Positions 10,743-19,705 of a stretch of DNA of 32,000 nucleotides are shown here, one piece after another. The number at the start of each line of letters is the position of its first letter. The first letter of the stretch is position 1. Both the position numbers and the translations under genes were made by a program. The stretch is from Horticoccus luteus (lineage in GTDB: Bacteria > Verrucomicrobiota > Verrucomicrobiia > Opitutales > Opitutaceae): the NCBI RefSeq assembly GCF_019464535.1, contig NZ_CP080507.1:1950001-1982000 (forward strand). Reading direction: 5' to 3'. Under the pieces are notes generated by a model that made no database searches, was not told where the DNA came from, and saw only the letters and a list, made by a program, of their open reading frames with translations.

Positions 10743-10789
10743 AGCGGGCGGCGGCCCTCCGGTGGAGACTGGCCGCCCGCCGCTTTTCT
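10743..10789 (+). terminator. Rho-independent terminator candidate after the aminotransferase
   Basis: agcgggcggcggcc...ggccgcccgccgct gives a 7 + 5 bp GC stem with a 2-nt internal mismatch and a 14-nt loop. It is followed directly by ttttct. Confidence 0.5.
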
Positions 10790-10828
10790 ACTCGCTACTC
10801 ATCCGCCGCTGCCCGCTACTTTTCCGTC

Positions 10829-12331
10829 ATGAATCGCACCGTTGCCATCGTCGGCCGACCCAATGTCGGCAAAAGCCGGCTCTTTAACCGGCTGGCGCGG
10901 AAGCGCATTTCCATCGTCCACGACCAGCCCGGCATCACGCGCGACGTGATTTCCGCGGAAGTCGAAGATGGGCATTACACGCTGCTCGACACGGGCGGCT
11001 TGGGCTACAAAGGCGAGGATACGCCGGCGCGGCTGACGGCGGCCTCGGAGGCGCAGGTGGATTTTGCGATGGCGACCGCGGCGTTGATTCTGTTCGTGGT
11101 GGACGGGTTGTCCGGGGTATCAGCGCTCGATGAGAAGATCGCGGCGATGCTGCGACGCAGCCGGAAAAAAGTCCGCCTCGTGGTAAATAAAGCGGATTTC
11201 GACGACGAAAAAATCCAGCTCGACGACATTTACCGCCTGGGGCTGGGCGAACCGTTGCGGGTGTCCGCCGAGCACGGACGGGGCGAAGCGGATTTGCGCG
11301 ATGCCATTCTGGCCGAGTTGGGACCGGCGCCGGGCGACGACAGCGACGAAGCGGAGGCGGAGCGCCCATTGGGCGTGTGCTTCATCGGTCGGCCGAACGT
11401 AGGCAAATCCTCGTTGAGCAACCGCCTGCTGCAGAGCGATCGCCTGATTGTGAGCGACGTGCCGGGGACGACGCGCGATGCGATCGAGTTGCCGTTCCAA
11501 TTCAAGGGGCGCAACGGCAAGTTGTATCCGTTTCGCTTGATCGACACCGCCGGCATCAAGGCCGCCACGAAGCTGGCTTCGCCCGTGGAGTATTTTTCGC
11601 GGCTGCGTTCGCTCGATGCGATCAAGAACACCGACGTCGTTTTCCTCGTGCTCGACGCGATGGAGGGCGTCACGCAGCAGGACAAGGCCATCGCGGGCGA
11701 AGCGATCAAGGAGAAGAAGCCGATCGTGATCGTGGTCAACAAGTGGGACCTTGTGCACAAAGAGTTTCGCAAGGGCGACGGCGTGCGCGGTTACAAGACG
11801 GAGCGGGAATATCGGGAAAAGTACGAAGCGGCGCTGTTTGACCGGCTGTTCTTTACGCCAGGCGCGCCAGTCGTGTTTGTGTCGGCGATGAGCGGTTACG
11901 AAGTGGATCGCATGCTCAACGCGGCGGTGAAACTCAACCGGATGCTCGACGCCAAGCTGCCCACAGCGAAGCTCAACCGGACGATCGAGCGCCTCGCGGA
12001 TCAAAATCCGCCGCCGGCGATCGGGGGAAAAAGATTTCGCGTTTATTACGCCACGCAAACGGGCACACGGCCGTTTCGCATTAAACTGTTTTGCAATCGC
12101 GAGGAAAAGCTCACGGAGCAATACCGCCGTTATCTGGAGGCTGGCCTCGTGGAGGAATTCGGGTTGAATGGATGCCCGATGTATTTCGATTTGGTCGGCA
12201 AAGAAAAACATGAGCCGGGGACGCCGTATTCAGGCAAGGAGGCGCGGGGAATCGCGCCGACTCCGCGTTGGCGCGCCGGGGAGGAACAGCTTGCGGCCGA
12301 CGATGAGACTCATGAAACCATCGAAGACTGA
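10829..12331 (+). CDS. der: Ribosome-biogenesis GTPase Der (EngA)
   Basis: Two tandem GTPase domains (GRPNVGKSRLFNRL / DTGG / NKAD and GRPNVGKSSLSNRL / DTAG / NKWD) plus a KH-like C-terminal domain. Acidic C-terminal tail of about 40 aa. Confidence 0.93.
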   Translation: MNRTVAIVGRPNVGKSRLFNRLARKRISIVHDQPGITRDVISAEVEDGHYTLLDTGGLGYKGEDTPARLTAASEAQVDFAMATAALILFVVDGLSGVSALDEKIAAMLRRSRKKVRLVVNKADFDDEKIQLDDIYRLGLGEPLRVSAEHGRGEADLRDAILAELGPAPGDDSDEAEAERPLGVCFIGRPNVGKSSLSNRLLQSDRLIVSDVPGTTRDAIELPFQFKGRNGKLYPFRLIDTAGIKAATKLASPVEYFSRLRSLDAIKNTDVVFLVLDAMEGVTQQDKAIAGEAIKEKKPIVIVVNKWDLVHKEFRKGDGVRGYKTEREYREKYEAALFDRLFFTPGAPVVFVSAMSGYEVDRMLNAAVKLNRMLDAKLPTAKLNRTIERLADQNPPPAIGGKRFRVYYATQTGTRPFRIKLFCNREEKLTEQYRRYLEAGLVEEFGLNGCPMYFDLVGKEKHEPGTPYSGKEARGIAPTPRWRAGEEQLAADDETHETIED

Positions 12332-13226
12332 ATATCGCGGCGGTGAGGCACTCGTGTTCAACACGGGGGCGATGGAGTTTGTGGTCACGACGGCGGTTGG
12401 CCCGCGGGTCGTTTCGCTACGTTCGCTCGCCGGCGAGGGGCGGAACGTGTTCCTGGAGTTCCCTGCGAGCGAGAAGCCCTTCCACGGCTTCATGCTGCGC
12501 GGCGGCCATCGCCTGTGGCACGCGCCCGAGGATATCGTGCGCTCATATCAGCCCGACAACTCGCCGCTCGGCGTGAAGTTGCTGGCCAACGGCGTGGCGC
12601 TGACGCAGCCGACGGAAGAAAAGACCGGCGTCCAAAAAGGCATGAGGTTGGAAGTGCTCGCCGATCGCACGATCAAGGTGACGCACACCCTGACGAACCG
12701 CGGCATGTGGGCGATCGACGTGGCGCCGTGGGCGCTGACGATGTTCAAACCCGGTGGATTTGCGGCGATCGGGTTGGAGCCGAAAGGCGACCACGCGAAA
12801 GGCGACTTGCTGCCGACCTACGCGCTCGTGCCGTGGACGTTTACGGACCTTTCGCTGCCAGTCTGGAAATTTGGGCGGAATTTTATCGGCGTGAACGTGG
12901 CGGCGGCGAAGCAGGCGCAGAAACTGGGTCTCACCAACTATCCGGGCTGGGCTGCTTACTGGATCGGCGGCACGACCTTTGTGAAATATGCAAAACCGGT
13001 GCGAGGGGCGACGTATCCGGACCTCGGGAGTTGCTTCGAAGTGTTCACGAACGGAAAGATGATCGAGTTGGAAACACTCGGGGCGCTCGCCAAACTGGAG
13101 CCGGGCAAGACCGCGACGCATGTGGAGCATTGGACGCTGTTCGACGACCTCCCGAAGCCCGTCACCAATCAAGCGGTGGATGGCGCGCTGGCACCGGCTG
13201 TGGCCGCATGGATCCGCGGCTTGTGA
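12312..13226 (+). CDS. Hypothetical protein, DUF4380 / mutarotase-like beta-sandwich (tentative)
   Basis: Coherent ORF with a GGHRLWHAPE motif that I associate with DUF4380-type proteins. Start chosen at MKPSK (12312; alternative 12303), overlapping the der 3' end by 20-29 nt. Confidence 0.6.
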   Translation: MKPSKTEYRGGEALVFNTGAMEFVVTTAVGPRVVSLRSLAGEGRNVFLEFPASEKPFHGFMLRGGHRLWHAPEDIVRSYQPDNSPLGVKLLANGVALTQPTEEKTGVQKGMRLEVLADRTIKVTHTLTNRGMWAIDVAPWALTMFKPGGFAAIGLEPKGDHAKGDLLPTYALVPWTFTDLSLPVWKFGRNFIGVNVAAAKQAQKLGLTNYPGWAAYWIGGTTFVKYAKPVRGATYPDLGSCFEVFTNGKMIELETLGALAKLEPGKTATHVEHWTLFDDLPKPVTNQAVDGALAPAVAAWIRGL

Positions 13227-13323
13227 GACAGGCGGGCGCGACCGATGCCAGATCGGCCTCCCGGCCGCCACTCGCAGCCGACGTGCTCCGTGAGGGCAGG
13301 ACACTGAGCCAACCGTTTTCGCG

Positions 13324-14319
13324 ATGAGTGATCGCGCACGTATTGTTTTTCTCGGGTCGGATGCCATTGCGCTGCCGATGCTGGAATGGTTGATCGCCGA
13401 AGGCAGCGCGTGGGCGGAAGTGGTGGCGGTTTTCACGCAGCCTGATCGGCCGACGGGTCGCGGGCAGAAAGTCGCGCCCAACGCGATCAAGCAGTGGGGC
13501 GAACGTCGCGGGTTGCCCGTGCTCCAGCCGGACAAGTTGACGGAATCGACGCAAGCTGAGCTGGCGGCGCTGCGTCCAGATCTGGCGCTCGTGATGGCGT
13601 ACGGGCATATTTTACGGGAGGCGTTTATCGCGACGCCGCGTCTCGGCACAGTGAATCTGCATGCGTCGATTTTGCCGGAATTTCGCGGCGCCTCGCCCAT
13701 TCAAACGGCGATCGCGACGGGCCGGCGAGAGACCGGTGTAGCGCTCATGCGGATCGTGCGCCAGTTGGATGCCGGTCCCGTCGCCGAGGTGGAACGCGTG
13801 TCCATCGACCCACTCGACACTGCGGTCGAAGTGGAGGGGAAACTGGCGGCGGCGTGTGTGCCGTTGCTACAGCGGACTCTGCCTGCGCTGGTGCAGGGTC
13901 GCTTGGAGTTCAACCCGCAGGAGGACGCGCGAGCGACATTTTGCCGGCGACTGGTGAAAGCAGACGGCGTCGTGGATTTTGCGGATACAGCGGCGCTCGT
14001 GGCGGCCCGGATCAACGGGCTTTTCCCGTGGCCGGGATGCGCGATCGAAATCGCCGGTCAGTCGGTGAAACTGGGTTTGGCCGATGCGTTGCCAGCGAGC
14101 GACAACCACGTGGTGCCCGGGACCGTGTTGGGCGCGGACTCTGAGGGCCTGCAAGTCGCGGCAGCCGACGGCGTGGTGCGGTTGCGGCGGTTGCAACGGC
14201 CGGGCGGGCGGATGCTGCCAGCGGAGGAATTTCTGCGCGGTTTTGCCGTGCCGGCGGGGACAATATTGCCCTCGCAACCGATGCCGCCGCTTGTGGCCGC
14301 GGCGCCGTTTCGGCGGTGA
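13324..14319 (+). CDS. fmt: Methionyl-tRNA formyltransferase
   Basis: IVFLGSD...VFTQPDRPTGRGQK...NLHASILPEFRGASPIQ (formyltransferase catalytic core) plus the C-terminal Fmt domain. Confidence 0.92.
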   Translation: MSDRARIVFLGSDAIALPMLEWLIAEGSAWAEVVAVFTQPDRPTGRGQKVAPNAIKQWGERRGLPVLQPDKLTESTQAELAALRPDLALVMAYGHILREAFIATPRLGTVNLHASILPEFRGASPIQTAIATGRRETGVALMRIVRQLDAGPVAEVERVSIDPLDTAVEVEGKLAAACVPLLQRTLPALVQGRLEFNPQEDARATFCRRLVKADGVVDFADTAALVAARINGLFPWPGCAIEIAGQSVKLGLADALPASDNHVVPGTVLGADSEGLQVAAADGVVRLRRLQRPGGRMLPAEEFLRGFAVPAGTILPSQPMPPLVAAAPFRR

Positions 14320-14368
14320 GACGCACATGCCGCTTGTTTTCGCGGACGGGGTTTCGCAAGCTCGGCCG

Positions 14369-14944
14369 ATGTTGCGGAGGATCGTAATTCTCATGGTCTG
14401 CGGGCTGGCAGCCGCATTGGCCGCGCGCCCGGCCAACGCCCAAATCGAGCTCGCGAATTTACGGGAAGACGTGCGCGGACTCAGTCAGCGCGTGGGCGAG
14501 TTGCAGTTGCGTGTGGAGCAGCTGGAGCGGGAAAACGCGGACCTTCGCAGCCGTTCGGCGTCCGCGGAGAAAGGCTTTGTCACGCTCAGTCAGTTGAACG
14601 ATGCGATCGCGGACGTGAACCGCACGTTGCGCTCGGGCGATGCCTCAGTGAAGGCCGATGTGCTCCAGCAGGTCGGCACGCAAATGGAGAAACTGGCCAA
14701 ACAGACGAATGCGGCGCTCGACTCGCTCGCAAAAGGAATGGCGACCCGCCCGCCGGTGCAGACGACGTTTGCGAACGACTACGCCAAGGAGGGCATCAGT
14801 TACACGGTGCAAAAAGGCGACACCGTGGCCTCGATCGCGAAGAAAACCGGGGCGCGTGTGTCGGATATCGTGAACGCAAACAAGCTTTCGGATGCATCCC
14901 GCATCGATGTGGGACAAACGTTGTTCATCCCCGGAGGAAAGTAA
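14369..14944 (+). CDS. Secreted coiled-coil protein with C-terminal LysM peptidoglycan-binding domain
   Basis: Signal peptide MLRRIVILMVCGLAAALAARPANA. Heptad-like region (LREDVRGLSQRVGELQLRVEQLERENADLR). LysM (YTVQKGDTVASIAKKTGARVSDIVNANKL...GQTLFIP). Alternative start at 14327. Confidence 0.75.
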   Translation: MLRRIVILMVCGLAAALAARPANAQIELANLREDVRGLSQRVGELQLRVEQLERENADLRSRSASAEKGFVTLSQLNDAIADVNRTLRSGDASVKADVLQQVGTQMEKLAKQTNAALDSLAKGMATRPPVQTTFANDYAKEGISYTVQKGDTVASIAKKTGARVSDIVNANKLSDASRIDVGQTLFIPGGK

Positions 14945-14949
14945 TTTTT

Positions 14950-15876
14950 ATGGCGACCGCCCCCAAATCTCGACTCGGTCGAGGACTCGGCAGCCTCATC
15001 GCTGCCGGCAAACCAGCTGCGTCCGCTCCGGCCGCCGCCGCTGCCACTCCGCCCGCGGCGGCGCCGGGTGCGCCGGGCTATCAAGAGATTGCGGTGACGG
15101 CGGTGGTGCCGAGCCCCTACCAGGCACGGCGCGAGATTCCGCCGGAACAGCTCAACGAACTTGCCGAGAGCATCCGGGCCGAGGGACTGTTGCAGCCGAT
15201 CGTCGTGCGCAAGGTGGGAGAAAAATATGAGCTGATCGCGGGCGAGCGTCGCTGGCGGGCGTTCCAACAGCTCAAAATTAAAAGCATCCCGGCGCGAATC
15301 GTGGAGGCGAGCAACGCGTCGTCGGCCGCGCTCGGGCTGATCGAAAATCTGCAGCGCGAAGGATTGAACCCGCTCGAAGAAGCGCACGGTTACGCGAGTT
15401 TGATCCGCGATTTCGATCTGACGCAGGAAACGGCGTCGCAGCGGGTCGGCAAGGGGCGCGCTTCGGTGGCGAACGCGTTGCGCCTGTTGTCGCTCGATGC
15501 GGAAATCCAAGGGTTCGTGGCGAAGAGCCTGCTGAGCGTCGGCCACGCCAAGGTGTTGTTGAGCATCGAGGATCCTGCCCAACGGACGGTGCTGGCCCGG
15601 CGCGCGATCGAAGAAGGGCTCAGCGTGCGCGCGATGGAAAAAGTCGTGCAAATGCGGAAGTCCGCCGGGGTGGCAGCGGCGGCGCCCGGCAAGCGTTTGC
15701 CGAAGATGTCCGCGCAGGACAACGCGACGGTGGCGAGTGTGGAGAAGAAGCTCACGTCACATCTGGGAGCGAGAGTGGCGGTTTTCCACGCGCCGAAGAA
15801 GGGCCGGATCGTGATCGAATACCACGGCAACGAGGATTTGCAGCGGGTGTTGGAGAAGCTGGGCGTGCAAATGTGA
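14950..15876 (+). CDS. parB: Chromosome partitioning protein ParB/Spo0J
   Basis: N-terminal RLGRGLGSLI box, CTP-binding box GERRWRA, HTH region (QETASQRVGKGRASVANALRLL) and C-terminal dimerisation domain. Confidence 0.9.
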   Translation: MATAPKSRLGRGLGSLIAAGKPAASAPAAAAATPPAAAPGAPGYQEIAVTAVVPSPYQARREIPPEQLNELAESIRAEGLLQPIVVRKVGEKYELIAGERRWRAFQQLKIKSIPARIVEASNASSAALGLIENLQREGLNPLEEAHGYASLIRDFDLTQETASQRVGKGRASVANALRLLSLDAEIQGFVAKSLLSVGHAKVLLSIEDPAQRTVLARRAIEEGLSVRAMEKVVQMRKSAGVAAAAPGKRLPKMSAQDNATVASVEKKLTSHLGARVAVFHAPKKGRIVIEYHGNEDLQRVLEKLGVQM

Positions 15877-15940
15877 GGCGGGCCACGCTGGAACCCGCCA
15901 TTGACAAGCCCCGCCGCGCCCTGATTGCCTTGTCGTTTCC

Positions 15941-16339
15941 ATGAACATCTTGATCGGTATTTTGACGTTCGTCCTGATCCTCGTTTCGCTTTTCCTCATC
16001 CTCGTGGTGCTGGCGCAGAAAGCCAAATCAGACGGCGGCATGGGGGCGGCCATCGGCGGCGGCATGGCGGAAACGGCGTTCGGCGCCGACACCAGCAACG
16101 TGCTCACCAAGATGACGATCAATGCCACGATCGCCTTTTTCGTGCTGACCTTCGCTCTTTATCTCGGCCACGTTTACCGCCGCAGTCACGCCCACGCGGC
16201 GAGCGGCGCGCTGCCGACGATCACCGTGCCGGTCAAGCCGACCGCGGCGCCTGCCGCCACGACTCCCGTGAAAGCCCCGACGGCTCCGCTTGCGACGCCG
16301 ACGGGCACGGCCACCACCACCGAAGCGTCGAAGCCGTAA
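15941..16339 (+). CDS. secG: Preprotein translocase subunit SecG with Ala/Thr/Pro-rich C-terminal extension
   Basis: Two TM helices flanking the Gly-rich loop ([20 protein letters not shown]), as in SecG. About 50 extra residues ([34 protein letters not shown]). Confidence 0.85.
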   Translation: MNILIGILTFVLILVSLFLILVVLAQKAKSDGGMGAAIGGGMAETAFGADTSNVLTKMTINATIAFFVLTFALYLGHVYRRSHAHAASGALPTITVPVKPTAAPAATTPVKAPTAPLATPTGTATTTEASKP

Positions 16340-16347
16340 CCGGCCCG

Positions 16348-17232
16348 ATGAGATCGCCTCGTTTCACGCCCGCCGTTTTTTGGCGGGCGTTTTTTGTTTT
16401 CCTCGCGGTCGGAGCGGCCGGTTTGCACGCGCAGCCGGCATCGCGCGGCATCCCGCCGCCGAGCGGGTATGGTCATTTCGGGCAACCTGACCCGGCGGAA
16501 GGGCGCAAGGCGCTCGAGCAATTCCGCGCGGCTGGCATTCAAGGGAGCTATTACTTGGAGTTCACGTTGCGATTGATGCCTCGACGCGGACCCGAAAAGC
16601 GCGTCGCCGGGCGGATGTGGGGCACGCGTAACCACGCTGGGCCCGTTTCCCGAGTAGCGCTGCAGGACGACGACGAAACGCGTTTGCTCGTGCAAAATGG
16701 CGCCGATGCCGCGGTCTGGCGGAGCACGCGGACGGCACCGGATCCCGCAAAGGTGGCGGTGCAGGCCTTGTTTGAGCCCATTGCGGGAACGACCTTGGCT
16801 CCGTTCGATCTGCAGATGCCGTTTCTTTATTGGAACGATTTCGTTTACGAAGGCTTGGGACGGGTGCGGGGACGACCCGCGTATCGGTTTCGCATGTTGC
16901 CGCCGAAGGAATTTGCCCAGCAGTTCCCCGCGTTGTCAGCCGTGCGGATCTCGCTCGACAGCCAATTTTCCGCGTTGGTGGAAGCGGAGTTGCTCGACGA
17001 AAAGGGGCGGCCCATGAAGTCGATCTTGGTGGACGAACTGAAGAAGGTTGGGGACCAGTGGATGGTGAAAGCGGTGGACGTGCGCAATGAGGGCACGCGC
17101 GACAAAACGCGATTTGAGGTCACGGCGGTCGCGTTAGGATTGGATCTGTCGCCCCGCCTGTTCGCCGTCGCGGCTCTCGCAGATGAAATTACTCCGCCTG
17201 AGGCAGCGCGGATGGTGCGGTTCGAACCGTGA
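16348..17232 (+). CDS. Secreted hypothetical protein, LolA-like / outer-membrane lipoprotein-sorting fold (tentative)
   Basis: 294 aa from MRSPRFTPAVFWRAFFVFLAVGAAGLHA (signal peptide). The function call rests on weak resemblance only. The track ORF extension upstream overlaps secG in another frame. Confidence 0.55.
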   Translation: MRSPRFTPAVFWRAFFVFLAVGAAGLHAQPASRGIPPPSGYGHFGQPDPAEGRKALEQFRAAGIQGSYYLEFTLRLMPRRGPEKRVAGRMWGTRNHAGPVSRVALQDDDETRLLVQNGADAAVWRSTRTAPDPAKVAVQALFEPIAGTTLAPFDLQMPFLYWNDFVYEGLGRVRGRPAYRFRMLPPKEFAQQFPALSAVRISLDSQFSALVEAELLDEKGRPMKSILVDELKKVGDQWMVKAVDVRNEGTRDKTRFEVTAVALGLDLSPRLFAVAALADEITPPEAARMVRFEP

Positions 17233-17891
17233 ATAGGGAAAGTCGCACGCGAGGTATCGTGTTCGACCTCGACGGCACGCTGGTCGACAGCATGCCCCTC
17301 GTGTTGAAAGCGTTTGCGCACGCAGTGGCGCCTTTCTGCGGCCCGGTGAGTGACGAAGAGTTGTTCACCCGTCTCGGCGGCCCGCCGGAGCGGACTTTCG
17401 CCGGCTGGCTGCGAGGTGCGGCGGAAACGGCGCAAGCGATGACGCGGTTGCGCGACTACAGCCTGACGCATTGGAAACTGATCCGACCCTTCGACGGCTG
17501 GGAATCTCTCTTTCAAACCTTGCGGCAACGAGAGCTCGCGATGGCGGTCTGGACGGGCCGCGAACGCGAATCGGCGCAATGGCTCTTCAGCGAATACGCC
17601 ATCGCTCCTTATCTGCGCGCCTGTGTGTGCGGGGATGATCTACCGAGCCACAAGCCGGATCCGGAGGGGTTGCAGCGGATCGTGGACGAATTGCAGCTGA
17701 CGGCGGACGACGCGCTCTTTGTCGGTGACGCTGACGTCGACGTGCTGGCAGGTCATGCGTGCGGCGTCCGCACGCTTCTGATCAGGCACGGTCGAGCGGT
17801 CGACGAGGCTGTGTTGCGCAAGGCCTGGCGCGTGGTGGAAACGCCGGCGGAGGCCTACGCGCAGATCCTGCAAGATACGAACGGACTCTGA
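17229..17891 (+). CDS. HAD-IA family hydrolase (phosphoglycolate phosphatase-like)
   Basis: Motif I VFDLDGTLVDS, motif II VWTGRER and motif III/IV HKPDPEG...FVGDADVDVLAGHACG. The GTG start overlaps the upstream stop (GTGA). Confidence 0.85.
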   Translation: MNRESRTRGIVFDLDGTLVDSMPLVLKAFAHAVAPFCGPVSDEELFTRLGGPPERTFAGWLRGAAETAQAMTRLRDYSLTHWKLIRPFDGWESLFQTLRQRELAMAVWTGRERESAQWLFSEYAIAPYLRACVCGDDLPSHKPDPEGLQRIVDELQLTADDALFVGDADVDVLAGHACGVRTLLIRHGRAVDEAVLRKAWRVVETPAEAYAQILQDTNGL

Positions 17892-17926
17892 GTTTCCGTT
17901 GGCAGAGACGGGGGCGCAGCGACCAC

Positions 17927-19057
17927 TTACTTCAAGACCTGCTCCGTCGTCGGATCGAAAAGGTGGGCGCTTTCGATGGCGAACACGACCTTCACCTTCT
18001 GCGCCACCTCGAAGCGATCGGTCGGACGGACTCGCGCGATGAAAGAGTGGGCGCCGGTGTCGAGGTAAAGATACGTTTCCGCGCCCATCGGTTCAGACAC
18101 TTCAACGGTGACCTCGGCGGTGTGCAACGGGTCGGCTTGCGGCACACTCAGGACGTCATGCACGTCCTCAGGGCGGATGCCGAACACGATGGGCTTGTCC
18201 ACGTGTTGGGCGGCTTGTCGGGCCAACGTTTCGTTGAGGGCGATCGTCAGCGGCTGGTCTTTGGTGTTTTTCTCGACAAACGCCAGATGGTTGCCGGCGC
18301 GTTTGATGGTGCCGTGAAAGAAATTCATCGGCGGACTGCCGATGAAGCCGGCGACGAACATATTCTCGGGATGATTATAAAGGTTCAGCGGCTCGGCGAC
18401 CTGCATGATATTGCCATCTTTCATCACGCAAATGCGGTCGCCCATCGTCATCGCTTCGACCTGATCATGCGTCACATAGATCATCGTGGCTCCGAGGCGG
18501 GCGTGGAGCTTGGAAATCTCAGTGCGCATCGAGACGCGCATTTTGGCGTCGAGGTTGGAGAGCGGTTCATCGAAGAGAAAAACCTTCGGTTTCCGCACGA
18601 TCGCACGGCCGACGGCGACACGCTGCCGTTGTCCGCCAGAGAGGGCTTTGGGTTTACGATCGAGATATTTTTCGAGACCGAGCATGGCGGCGGCGTCGCG
18701 CACGCGGCTGTCGATTTCGGCTTTGGGAAACTTCCGCAGCTTCAGGCCGAACGCCATGTTCGCATACACCGTCATGTGCGGGTAGAGCGCGTAATTCTGA
18801 AACACCATGGCGATGTCGCGATCCTTCGGCAGGACGTTGTTCACGACTTTGCCGTCGATGGCGATCGTGCCGCCGGAAATTTCCTCCAGACCGGCGATCA
18901 TGCGCAGGGTCGTGGATTTCCCGCAGCCGGAAGGTCCGACCAGAACCATGAATTCCCGGTCAGCGACGCTGAGACTAACGCTGTTAACCGCGCGAACGCC
19001 AGGGCCGCTCTTTTCGGGGTAAATTTTGACGAGATTATCGATAACGACGTTGGCCAT
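17927..19057 (-). CDS. ABC transporter ATP-binding protein, MalK/UgpC/MsmK-type (carbohydrate importer ATPase)
   Basis: Walker [11 protein letters not shown]-loop, signature [15 protein letters not shown], Walker [13 protein letters not shown], and a C-terminal TOBE-like regulatory domain. Confidence 0.92.
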   Translation of the reverse strand: MANVVIDNLVKIYPEKSGPGVRAVNSVSLSVADREFMVLVGPSGCGKSTTLRMIAGLEEISGGTIAIDGKVVNNVLPKDRDIAMVFQNYALYPHMTVYANMAFGLKLRKFPKAEIDSRVRDAAAMLGLEKYLDRKPKALSGGQRQRVAVGRAIVRKPKVFLFDEPLSNLDAKMRVSMRTEISKLHARLGATMIYVTHDQVEAMTMGDRICVMKDGNIMQVAEPLNLYNHPENMFVAGFIGSPPMNFFHGTIKRAGNHLAFVEKNTKDQPLTIALNETLARQAAQHVDKPIVFGIRPEDVHDVLSVPQADPLHTAEVTVEVSEPMGAETYLYLDTGAHSFIARVRPTDRFEVAQKVKVVFAIESAHLFDPTTEQVLK

Positions 19058-19206
19058 GGAAAGTGCAGGGGTCGGGGAGGCGGAACGAACATCCGAGGTG
19101 GAAAAGTGCAGTCAATTCTATACCGCCCGAAATTTTTCGTTGCCGCATGGAGCGACTCTAGCCCTGCTCTCATAGGTCCTCAGCCCTCCAGCCGCTTCGA
19201 CTAATC

Positions 19207-19545
19207 ATGGCCTCGAAATCCGCTTCCACCCCTGCGCCGCTGACTTTTGACCTCCCGGCGACGCTTATCGACAAAGTCCAGTCAGCCGTGCGCTCAAATG
19301 GGCCCGGTCCCAAGAGCGTGAGTGAAGTGGTCCGGCTTGCCGTCACCGAGTTCGATTTCGACACGTTCAATCCGGTCCGGGAACCCCATCGACAGATTTC
19401 GGTGCGGTTGCCCGGCGACTTGCGCACGTTGCTCAATCGCACCGCCCGGCGCAAACGCGCGAGCTTGGGCGAACTCGTGCGGGCAGCGCTGGAAGCGCTG
19501 CCGATGGTGAGGCCACGCAAGGCACCAGCGAAGAAGCGTCGCTGA
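19207..19545 (+). CDS. Small DNA-binding protein with two tandem ribbon-helix-helix-like modules and a basic tail
   Basis: Module 1 is [19 protein letters not shown]...[13 protein letters not shown]. Module 2 is [35 protein letters not shown]. Tail is [11 protein letters not shown]. Pattern-based call, with no family match verified. Confidence 0.6.
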   Translation: MASKSASTPAPLTFDLPATLIDKVQSAVRSNGPGPKSVSEVVRLAVTEFDFDTFNPVREPHRQISVRLPGDLRTLLNRTARRKRASLGELVRAALEALPMVRPRKAPAKKRR

Positions 19546-19548
19546 ACG

Positions 19549-19569
19549 CGAACGCCACGTCGGCGTTCC
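19549..19569 (+). terminator. Hairpin just after the RHH gene (possible terminator/attenuator, no U-tract)
   Basis: g-gaacgcc-acgtc-ggcgttc-c gives an 8-bp stem and 5-nt loop, 4 nt after the stop codon. Confidence 0.3.
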
Positions 19570-19705
19570 TCGGAGAGGTATTGCGGTCGCAAAGTTTGTG
19601 CGCGAACGCGGCGACATGCCGCTGGCGGAGGCGCGGGACGGATGCGGATTTGTGACGGCAAACGGGATTGCCTTCGATCGTGGGCGCAATTTTGTTCGGC
19701 GATTC

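Noticed and set aside
11120-12211. 363-aa minus-strand ORF opposite der
   Set aside because: Shadow ORF. The plus strand encodes two complete GTPase domains.
12543-13700. 385-aa minus-strand ORF spanning the DUF4380-like gene and the fmt 5' end
   Set aside because: It crosses an intergenic region and two well-supported plus-strand genes. The translation is Arg/Pro/Ala-rich with no motifs.
15925-16347. N-terminal 141 codons of the 435-aa track ORF (15925-17232)
   Set aside because: This part overlaps secG in another frame and is Arg/His/Asp-rich. A signal-peptide-bearing start (MRSPRF) at 16348, right after the secG stop, is far more plausible.
14000-16400. parS site near parB
   Set aside because: I scanned the CACGTG-containing sites across the window by eye. 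None is flanked by GTTTC/GAAAC half-sites. This needs a proper PWM scan before drawing any conclusion.
17759-19204. 481-aa plus-strand ORF opposite the ABC ATPase
   Set aside because: The minus frame has Walker A/B and the LSGGQ signature. The plus frame is low-complexity (H/D/G/R/V) shadow sequence.
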